Of a DNA stretch of 64,000 nucleotides, positions 56,670 through 64,000 are shown piece after piece. Origin of the DNA: Alkaliphilus sp. (GTDB taxonomy: Bacteria > Bacillota > Clostridia > Peptostreptococcales > NVVX01); contig NVVX01000001.1 of NCBI GenBank assembly GCA_002733545.1, positions 45,099 through 109,098 on the forward strand, given 5' to 3'. A program made the translations under genes and the position numbers. The notes beneath the pieces are model-generated. The model was not told the origin of the DNA, made no database searches, and saw only the letters and a list, made by a program, of their open reading frames with translations. Within the stretch, counting starts at the first letter, position 1. Each line of letters starts with the position of its first letter.

Positions 56670-58412
56670 TTGAAGAGAATTTTAAAGTACGTAATGGAAT
56701 ATAAATTTCGATTTATCATACCAACAATTTCCATGATAATAATAGTGGCGTTAGCTATGTATACGCCGCATGTGATGAAACTAATAATTGATAAAGTGGT
56801 AATTGGAAGAGAGTATGACTTGCTTACAAATCTTTTAATTGGTTTGTTAGCAATTACAGTAGGAAGATCAATATTCGGGTTTATACAAGAATATTTGTTT
56901 GATATTGTAGGTGCTCAGATTGCACAAGACATTAGGAGGGATTTATTTACTCATATACAAAACTTGTCATTTGGTTTTTTTGATAAAACTAATACAGGTG
57001 AAATCATGTCAAGGACTACAGGAGACATAGGGAATATATGGATGGTAACGGGATTTGTTGCAGTTTTTTTTACGCAACAAATATTATATTTCACTTTAGG
57101 AGCTATAATGATTTTTTCAACAGAATGGAGATTAGCTACTATAACACTAGCTTTCATGCCTATTATTGCTTATCTAGCAATTAAACTTGATAAAGAAGTA
57201 GGTAAAGTATACGAAGAGATAAGCGACCAAGATGCAGCTTTAAATACCACTGCACAAGAAAATATTGCGGGAGTTAGATTAGTGAAAGCATTTGGTAGAG
57301 AAAAGCATGAAGTAAGTAAATTTTTAAAAGAAAACAAACAAAAATACAAGCTAAATGTCAAACGAGTTAAAACATGGGTGAAATATCAACCAATTATTGA
57401 GCTGATAACTAACGTAGTTATAATCATAGTTGTCTGTTTTGGTGGAGTAATGGTAATTAGAAATGAACTGACATTAGGCAGTCTAGTAGCGTTTTATGGA
57501 TATGTTATGCTAATGATATGGCCAATGAGAATGTTAGGCTTCCTAATAAATAACCTAGCACAATGTAATGCTTCAGCAAAAAAAATATTTAAGATTATGG
57601 ATATTAAGTCAAGCATTACTTCGCCTCAGAATCCTCTTTTTCCTAAAGAAGAAGTTGGAAACATTGTATTTGACAGAGTATCGCTAAAATATGATAATAG
57701 CGTAGTTTTAAATGATGTTAGTTTCGAAGTGAAAGCAGGTAAAACAATTGCTATTATGGGGACTACGGGTTCTGGTAAATCTTCTATTGCTAACTTAATT
57801 GCAAGATACTATGATTGCACCGAAGGCGAAATTTTAGTAGACGGAATTAACATAAAACAAAGAGAACTAGCTAATCTAAGATCACAAATATCAGTTGTTA
57901 TGCAGGATACTTTCCTTTTTTCTGACACTATTTCAGCAAACATTAAATTTGGTCACAATGAAATTGGCGACGAAGAAATGATTAATGTATCTAAATTAGC
58001 GAAAGTGCATGGTTTTGTAGAAACTATGAGCGATAAATACGATACAGTAATAGGAGAGAGAGGAGTAGGGTTATCAGGTGGGCAAAAGCAAAGAATCGCT
58101 ATAGCTCGTGCTTTATTAAAAGAAGCAAACGTACTTATTTTAGACGACGCTACATCATCCTTAGATACTGAAACTGAATTTGATATTCAAAAAGGACTTG
58201 TAAAGTTAAAAACTCTTACAAAAGTTATAATTGCACATAGAATATCAGCTGTAAAGGATGCAGACGAAATAATTCTACTTGAAAATGGCGAAATTATTGA
58301 AAGAGGTAATCATAAAAGTCTTTTGAAAAAGCAAGGACGTTACCATAATATTTTCAAAGAACAATACGGAGACATTGAAGTTATAAAAAATGAGGTGATA
58401 TTATGCCAGTAA
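56670..58412 (+). CDS. ABC exporter half-transporter (TMD-NBD), subunit with the degenerate catalytic position (Walker B followed by D)
   Basis: TTG after the RBS AAGGGGGA. Six-TM domain, Walker A GTTGSGKSS, signature LSGGQKQR, Walker B VLILDDATSSLD. Confidence 0.9.
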   Translation: MKRILKYVMEYKFRFIIPTISMIIIVALAMYTPHVMKLIIDKVVIGREYDLLTNLLIGLLAITVGRSIFGFIQEYLFDIVGAQIAQDIRRDLFTHIQNLSFGFFDKTNTGEIMSRTTGDIGNIWMVTGFVAVFFTQQILYFTLGAIMIFSTEWRLATITLAFMPIIAYLAIKLDKEVGKVYEEISDQDAALNTTAQENIAGVRLVKAFGREKHEVSKFLKENKQKYKLNVKRVKTWVKYQPIIELITNVVIIIVVCFGGVMVIRNELTLGSLVAFYGYVMLMIWPMRMLGFLINNLAQCNASAKKIFKIMDIKSSITSPQNPLFPKEEVGNIVFDRVSLKYDNSVVLNDVSFEVKAGKTIAIMGTTGSGKSSIANLIARYYDCTEGEILVDGINIKQRELANLRSQISVVMQDTFLFSDTISANIKFGHNEIGDEEMINVSKLAKVHGFVETMSDKYDTVIGERGVGLSGGQKQRIAIARALLKEANVLILDDATSSLDTETEFDIQKGLVKLKTLTKVIIAHRISAVKDADEIILLENGEIIERGNHKSLLKKQGRYHNIFKEQYGDIEVIKNEVILCQ

Positions 58413-60181
58413 ATACTGTAAGAGAAGATGAAGTACTAAAAGATAGTATTAATATCAACATTATTAAAAGACTAGCAAAATACTTAAGTAAATATACAAA
58501 AGAAATCGTATTAACACTTTTACTTATGCCAATTGTTATAGGAGTTACTCTATTTAATCCTTACCTTCTTAAAATAGCTATAGATAGTTTTATTGAAGAT
58601 AGTAATGTACGAGGGTTAATAATTTTGGCAGTGGCTGCGATTTTTGTAAACTTGGTAGGGGTGTTAGCCTCAAGAGTGGTTACGGTCACTATGTCAGTAG
58701 TTGCAAGCAAGATACTTGTTACTATTCGCCAGGAAATGTTTCATCACATTCAAAAACTATCATTTTCATTTTTTGATAGTCGACCAGTCGGAAAAGTTTT
58801 AACAAGAATAATTGGAGATGTAAATTCATTAAATGCATTATTCATTGACAGTGTAACAGTGTTAATTCCTGATTTTATCACAGTAATTGCTATAGCTTTA
58901 GTAATGATATCAATAAACTACAAACTAGCAGTAGTTGCATTAATTACTCTGCCATTTTTAATAATTTTCATGTTTCTAATAGAAACAACTCTTAGGAAAA
59001 GGTGGCAAGTATTTAGAAAAAAACAATCTAATATGAATGCATATATTCATGAAAGCTACTCTGGAATACGAATAGTGCAGAGTTTTACTAGAGAAAAAAG
59101 AACACGTGGTGTTTTTATAGAAACAATGAATGACATGTTAAACTCGTTTAAATCTGCAATTGTTATTGCAAATAGTTTTTGGCCATTAGTGCAGTTAGCT
59201 GAAGGTATTGGAACTATAATAGTTTTTTGGTATGGAGTTACACTCCTAAGAGCTAATGAAATATCTGTAGGGACATTAGTTGCATTTATAAGTTACCTAG
59301 CACTCTTTTGGTTTCCAATAATGAAACTGAGTAATTTCTATAATATACTTGTTACTAATGTAGCAGGAGCTGAAAGAATATTTGAAATCTTAGACATTGA
59401 TCCTGAGATAGTAGATAATGATAAGGCGATTGAACTGCCTAAAATTAACGGAACAGTAGAGTTTAAAGATGTAACTTTTTCATACGGAAACGGAGTAGAC
59501 GTTCTAAAGAACGTAAGCTTCAAAGTTGAACCTGGCAAAACTATTGCATTAGTAGGTGAAACAGGAGCAGGTAAAACTACAATAGTAAGCCTTATTAGTC
59601 GTTTTTATGACATTGAAAAAGGGAAATTGCTTATTGATGGACATGACATAAAAGATGTTACAGTAGAATCTTTAAGAGGACAAATGGCAATAATGACACA
59701 AGAGACTTTTCTTTTTTCAGGAACAATAAAAGAAAACATTCGTTATGGAAGACTAGATGCAACTGACGAAGAAGTAATTGAAGCTGCAAAAGTTGTAAAC
59801 GCACATAGTTTTATTATGAAGCTAGAAAAAGGATATGATACAGACGTAAACGAGCGTGGAGCGAGACTTTCTGTAGGGCAAAGACAGCTAGTGGCACTAT
59901 CAAGAGCAGTTTTAGCAGACCCAAGGATACTAATACTTGACGAAGCTACTTCTAGTATAGACACAGAAACTGAAAAACTCGTTCAAAAAGGAATTAGCAA
60001 CTTACTATCAGATAGAACAGCCTTTGTAATTGCACATAGACTATCTACAATTAAAAATGCCGACAGAATTATGGTAATAGGTGACGGAAGAATTATTGAA
60101 GAAGGAAGCCATAATGAACTCCTAAAAAAACGGGGAGAATATTACAACTTGCATATGGCACAGTTTAAGTTTTTGGATTAA
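58403..60181 (+). CDS. ABC exporter half-transporter (TMD-NBD), subunit with the canonical catalytic Glu and a variant signature
   Basis: Overlaps the upstream gene by 10 nt. Walker [10 protein letters not shown], signature LSVGQRQL, Walker B ILILDEATSSID. Confidence 0.9.
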   Translation: MPVNTVREDEVLKDSININIIKRLAKYLSKYTKEIVLTLLLMPIVIGVTLFNPYLLKIAIDSFIEDSNVRGLIILAVAAIFVNLVGVLASRVVTVTMSVVASKILVTIRQEMFHHIQKLSFSFFDSRPVGKVLTRIIGDVNSLNALFIDSVTVLIPDFITVIAIALVMISINYKLAVVALITLPFLIIFMFLIETTLRKRWQVFRKKQSNMNAYIHESYSGIRIVQSFTREKRTRGVFIETMNDMLNSFKSAIVIANSFWPLVQLAEGIGTIIVFWYGVTLLRANEISVGTLVAFISYLALFWFPIMKLSNFYNILVTNVAGAERIFEILDIDPEIVDNDKAIELPKINGTVEFKDVTFSYGNGVDVLKNVSFKVEPGKTIALVGETGAGKTTIVSLISRFYDIEKGKLLIDGHDIKDVTVESLRGQMAIMTQETFLFSGTIKENIRYGRLDATDEEVIEAAKVVNAHSFIMKLEKGYDTDVNERGARLSVGQRQLVALSRAVLADPRILILDEATSSIDTETEKLVQKGISNLLSDRTAFVIAHRLSTIKNADRIMVIGDGRIIEEGSHNELLKKRGEYYNLHMAQFKFLD

Positions 60182-60237
60182 ATAGCAATCACTATTAAAA
60201 CATTACGGTTAATTAACAACAGATTGCAGAAACTTAC

Positions 60238-60280
60238 TTGACATGACAATGATAATCCATTACACTTATCATTGCAATGA
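60238..60280 (+). promoter_or_regulatory. Sigma-A-type promoter (TTGACA-17-TACACT) overlapped by a Fur-box-like sequence, followed by a perfect 12-bp palindrome
   Basis: gacaatgataatccattac (60245-60263) resembles the GATAATGATAATCATTATC consensus in its first 13 nt. tcattgcaatga (60269-60280) is self-complementary. Confidence 0.4.
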
Positions 60281-60311
60281 AAGTTGTTATCACATCAATG
60301 GAGGTTAATAA

Positions 60312-61355
60312 ATGACAAGACAGACAAAAACATTAATTACAGTACTTTTAATTTCACTTTTTTTACTTTCAGGTTGTACAACGCCTAAAGTAGAAAAAGA
60401 AGCACAAGTGGTAAATTTGTACACGGACAGACATTATGACACTGATGCAGAATTGTATGAGTTGTTTACAAAAGAGACGGGAATCGTGGTTAATGTTGTA
60501 AAAGCAAAGTCAGACGAACTTATTGAACGACTAGATAGAGAAGGCGAAGACACCGAGGCTGATCTTTTGATTACTACCGACGCCGGAAGATTGTTTAGAG
60601 CAAAAGATAAAAACTTGTTGCAAGTTGTAAACAGTAGCATTTTGGAAGAAAACGTACCAGCTAATTTAAAAGATATTGACAATGAGTGGTTTGGGCTTAC
60701 AGTAAGAGCAAGAGTTTTCGTTTACGCAAAAGATAGAATTTCACCAGAACAGTTTTCTACTTATGAAAACCTAACAGAGTCAGAATGGAATGGCAAAATA
60801 TTAGTAAGGACTTCAGGAAACATCTACAACCTTTCGTTAATAGCATCATTTATTGAAATTATGGGCGAAGAAGCAACGCTTGAATGGGCAAAAGGCATAG
60901 CGAACAATTTAGCAAGAGTTCCAGCAGGAAATGATAGAGCTCAAGCAAAAGCAGTTGTAGCAGGTGAAGGCGATGTAGCTATTATGAACACATACTATAT
61001 TGGTAAAATGCTTAACTCTGCTGATGAAGAAGAGGTTAAAGTAGCAAAAGCAGTGGGAGTATTCTTTCCAAATCAAGAAACAACTGGTACTCATATTAAC
61101 GTAAGCGGTATCGGATTAACAAAGTATGCAAACAATACAGAAAATGCTATAAAGCTTATGGAATTTCTTTCAGGAAAAGAAGCACAAAAACAATATGCTG
61201 AGGCAAACTTTGAATACCCAGTTAACCCTAATGTAGAACCAGCAGAACTACTAAAATCGTGGGGCGAGTTTAAGGCACAAGATATTAACCTTACTAAATT
61301 GGGAGAAAATAGCGAGAGAGCAGTACAATTACTATTGAAATCAGGATGGCAATAA
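60312..61355 (+). CDS. Iron(III)-type ABC transporter substrate-binding lipoprotein (FbpA/AfuA-like)
   Basis: Lipobox LSGC. Size and context (fused double permease plus ATPase) are typical of the Fbp/Afu/Sfu family. Confidence 0.75.
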   Translation: MTRQTKTLITVLLISLFLLSGCTTPKVEKEAQVVNLYTDRHYDTDAELYELFTKETGIVVNVVKAKSDELIERLDREGEDTEADLLITTDAGRLFRAKDKNLLQVVNSSILEENVPANLKDIDNEWFGLTVRARVFVYAKDRISPEQFSTYENLTESEWNGKILVRTSGNIYNLSLIASFIEIMGEEATLEWAKGIANNLARVPAGNDRAQAKAVVAGEGDVAIMNTYYIGKMLNSADEEEVKVAKAVGVFFPNQETTGTHINVSGIGLTKYANNTENAIKLMEFLSGKEAQKQYAEANFEYPVNPNVEPAELLKSWGEFKAQDINLTKLGENSERAVQLLLKSGWQ

Positions 61356-61357
61356 AC

Positions 61358-61379
61358 AGAAGCAGCTTACGCTGCTTCT
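61358..61379 (+). promoter_or_regulatory. Hairpin after the SBP gene
   Basis: agaagcagc ttac gctgcttct. Confidence 0.45.
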
Positions 61380-61394
61380 AATTCTTTACTTAGG

Positions 61395-63056
61395 ATGTTG
61401 ACAAATATGAAACTGCGAAATTTTAAAATTCATTTTAATGCATGGTCTGTTTCGAGTACTATTTTTGTTTTATTAGTTTTGCTTCCGAACCTAAGCATTT
61501 TAGGATACTTAAACCACAGTCCAAGTGAAAACTGGTATTATGTAAAGGAATACATGCTGAATAAATACGTCATAAATTCAACTTTGATGGTTTTGTTTAC
61601 AGCATTTTTTACAATTACAATTGGAATAAGTCTTTCCTGGCTTGTGGTAGCTTATGATTTTCCAGGAAGAAAGTTATTGAATTGGGCACTAGTATTACCT
61701 ATTGCAATACCACCATATATAGGTGCCTACGCATACAATGGGATTTTTGACTATACAGGAGTCGTGCAGGTATTTTTAAGAGAAGCTTTTAATTTTGAAA
61801 AAGGTATAAAATTTTTTAACATCATGAATATTCGAGGAGCAATTTTCATATTTACTATCTTCCTCTTTCCTTATATCTTTATTGTTACGAAATCTTTTTT
61901 AGAAAAACAGTCGTCATCAATTGTTGAAAGCGCAAAAATTTTGGGTAGAGGGTCTGTAGACATTTTCTTTAATATTGTAATACCAATATCTAGAGTTGCA
62001 ATAATTGGAGGTGTTAGTCTTGTAATCCTAGAAGTGCTTAATGACTACGGAGTTGTAAAATACTTTGGAGTGCCAGCATTTTCAACAGGAATATTTCAGA
62101 TTTGGTTTTCCATGGGGGATATTAACTCAGCTATTAGGTTAGCTGCTGTTTTAATGATTTTTGTTATAGCAATCCTATTTTTTGAAAGAATTATTAGAGG
62201 CAGAAAAAAATACAGCAATACTAACAGCAAAGTAACTCCTCTAAGCAGGTCTAAATTAAAAGGCAAGTTAGCTTTTTTTGCGTCTTTTTATGGGTTTAGT
62301 ATATTATCTCTTGGGTTTTTTATTCCTGTAGCGCAGCTGTTTAGGTGGTTGAGTATGACTATAAATAGAAATGTTCGTCTTGACTTGCTAGAATTAACTA
62401 TGAATTCACTGCTAGTTGCATTTATTGCAACTATTTTAATTGTTATTAGTGCATTGATAGTTGCCAATTTTACTAGAATTACAAACAATAGCATATCAAA
62501 ACTTTATGCAAAAATAACCATAGTTGGATATTCGATACCAGCATCAGTGATTGCGCTAGGTGTTATTGTATTTTTCTTATATTTAGACAGGAATCTACAC
62601 GGCTTTTTAAGAATATTAAGCCCAGATGTAAAAAAATTATTCTTGAGCTCGAGTTTAGCTATGCTTATATTTGCGTACTATATACGTTTCTTAGGTATTG
62701 GGTTTAATGCGATAGAGGCTGGATATGAAAAAGTGGGCAACAAATTTTTTGAATCATCGCGAATGTTAGGTGAAAGCATTTTTAAAACTTTTTATAAAGT
62801 AGATATGCCTATGATTAAAGGAGCAATTATTAGCGGATCAATTCTTGTGTTTGTAGATATTCTTAAAGAATTACCACTAACACTAATTTTAAGACCATTT
62901 AATTTCGATACTTTTTCTACCAGAGCGTTTGAATACGCTAACGACGAAATGTTACAAGAAGCTTCAGTTGCTTCTTTGATTATTATTTTCATCAGTACAA
63001 TTGCAATTTATCTTTTCTATAAAATAGGAAGTAAGGGTGATGAAAAATGGAACTAA
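61395..63056 (+). CDS. Iron(III)-type ABC transporter permease (duplicated 2 x 6 TM, FbpB-like)
   Basis: 553-aa polytopic protein with two permease halves. The exact start is uncertain: ATG 61395 or 61407. Confidence 0.8.
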   Translation: MLTNMKLRNFKIHFNAWSVSSTIFVLLVLLPNLSILGYLNHSPSENWYYVKEYMLNKYVINSTLMVLFTAFFTITIGISLSWLVVAYDFPGRKLLNWALVLPIAIPPYIGAYAYNGIFDYTGVVQVFLREAFNFEKGIKFFNIMNIRGAIFIFTIFLFPYIFIVTKSFLEKQSSSIVESAKILGRGSVDIFFNIVIPISRVAIIGGVSLVILEVLNDYGVVKYFGVPAFSTGIFQIWFSMGDINSAIRLAAVLMIFVIAILFFERIIRGRKKYSNTNSKVTPLSRSKLKGKLAFFASFYGFSILSLGFFIPVAQLFRWLSMTINRNVRLDLLELTMNSLLVAFIATILIVISALIVANFTRITNNSISKLYAKITIVGYSIPASVIALGVIVFFLYLDRNLHGFLRILSPDVKKLFLSSSLAMLIFAYYIRFLGIGFNAIEAGYEKVGNKFFESSRMLGESIFKTFYKVDMPMIKGAIISGSILVFVDILKELPLTLILRPFNFDTFSTRAFEYANDEMLQEASVASLIIIFISTIAIYLFYKIGSKGDEKWN

Positions 63057-63727
63057 AGATAAAAGAACTATCGTTTAGATATCGAAATTCAAGCGAGAAA
63101 GTACTAGATCAGTTTCACCTAAGCGTCAGTAAGGGGGAAATTGTATCTATACTTGGTGATAGTGGGAGTGGGAAAAGTACTGTTCTAAGATTAATTGCAG
63201 GTCTTGAAATTCCGAAAATAGGTACTATCACACTAAAAGAATCTATTTTAGTTGACGCTAAAAACTTCATATTGCCAGAAAAGCGCGGTATAGGTATGGT
63301 TTTTCAAGATTACGCGCTATTTCCACATCTTACAGTTGCTAATAATGTTTTGTTTGGAATAAAACATCTTAGAAAAGCTGACCGCTTTAAACGTATGGAT
63401 GAAATGCTCGAACTTGTAGAAATGGGGGAGTATAAAAAAAGATATCCTTACGAACTTAGCGGTGGGCAACAGCAAAGGGTAGCGCTAGCTAGAGCCATTG
63501 CTCCGAAACCTTCGATTTTACTTTTAGACGAACCTTTTAGCAACTTGGATACAGCTCTGCAAATGAAAATTAGAAGAGATGTCAAAAATATATTAAAAAA
63601 AGCGAATATGACTTCCATTTTTGTAACTCACGATAGAGAAGATGTTTTGGATATTGCAGATAGAGTAGTCGTCTTAAAACATGGAAAAATAGTTAAAAGT
63701 GGCGCACCGAAAGATATACTTGCGTAA
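63047..63727 (+). CDS. ABC transporter ATP-binding protein (FbpC-like, short form)
   Basis: Walker A GDSGSGKST, Q-loop VFQDYALFPHLTV, signature LSGGQQQR, Walker B LLLDEPFSNLD. Confidence 0.9.
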   Translation: MELKIKELSFRYRNSSEKVLDQFHLSVSKGEIVSILGDSGSGKSTVLRLIAGLEIPKIGTITLKESILVDAKNFILPEKRGIGMVFQDYALFPHLTVANNVLFGIKHLRKADRFKRMDEMLELVEMGEYKKRYPYELSGGQQQRVALARAIAPKPSILLLDEPFSNLDTALQMKIRRDVKNILKKANMTSIFVTHDREDVLDIADRVVVLKHGKIVKSGAPKDILA

Positions 63728-63811
63728 GCTCAAACATAGAAATCAAGTAGAGAGCAACACTAATTTATACAAACTAGTGCTGATTTTTGTTATGTTTAGA
63801 AGTAAATATTA

Positions 63812-63958
63812 GTGGTTTTGGTCAGCCAGAGAGATTGGGAAGACATGCAAGAAACGATTTTTTTATTGTCGCAAAAAGATTCTAGAGAAACAATTCTAGC
63901 TGCAAAAAATCAACCAATTGAAGAAGGGGTTGAAATCGATTGGAGAAATGGAAATTAG
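63812..63958 (+). pseudogene. C-terminal remnant of a Phd/YefM-type antitoxin
   Basis: VVLVSQRDWEDMQETIFLLSQ matches the conserved VLxS..(Y/W)E.(L/M)QET.(Y/F)LL region. An in-frame stop at 63803 removes the N-terminal half. A possible N-terminal trace (NLYKLV) lies in another frame at 63762-63779. Confidence 0.4.
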
Positions 63959-64000
63959 TATTTTCAAAACGCGCAAAAAAAGATTGGACTTTTATAAATG
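63940..64000 (+). CDS. Possible start of a RelE/YoeB-superfamily toxin gene, running off the window
   Basis: TTG overlapping the antitoxin remnant end. MEKWKLVFSKRAKKDWTFIN resembles the KLxFSxxAxKD toxin N-termini. Only 20 codons are visible. Confidence 0.3.
   Translation, partial: MEKWKLVFSKRAKKDWTFIN

Overview
AT-rich chromosomal segment from an endospore-forming Firmicute with Clostridia-like gene order. Almost all of it is core housekeeping, read on the + strand; ychF is the only clear minus-strand gene.

Gene content, left to right:
- The 3' end of one Opp-type peptide ABC operon, then two complete five-gene Opp/Dpp operons.
- hpt, pduL and deoC.
- Two paralogous M28-peptidase-like membrane lipoproteins.
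- ychF, a YlaJ/YhcN spore lipoprotein and lgt.
- A near-complete dcw cluster: mraZ-rsmH-ftsL-PBP-murE-murF-mraY-murD-ftsW-murA-ftsQ-DUF881-DUF881-sbp-ftsZ.
- spoIIGA-sigE-sigG, ylmC and nrdR.
- A PhoPR-like two-component system.
- spoIIP, a DUF512-type protein, der-plsY-gpsA and spoIVA.
- A heterodimeric ABC exporter pair.
- An iron(III)-type ABC importer.
- A degraded toxin-antitoxin remnant at the right edge.

I saw no rRNA, tRNA or CRISPR array.

The most unusual signal is a family of REPIN-like palindromic repeat units with core GGGGACGGTTCT. They sit in frame inside the essential genes murE and murF. Both ORFs stay open, and the same peptide modules (GTVLLC / EPSPCV) are added to both proteins.

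Other non-standard items:
- A MITE-like 25-bp-TIR element, with a 128-bp tandem duplication, that supplies the stop codon of the first oppF.
- A 189-nt foldback between gpsA and spoIVA.
- M28-like proteins whose metal and catalytic residues appear substituted.
- A leader-ORF plus twin-hairpin attenuator candidate upstream of the ABC exporter pair.
- A G5-tract frameshift splitting a membrane protein gene.
- Several small ORFs absent from the supplied track.

All protein assignments rest on motif and gene-order recognition by eye. No database search was possible.
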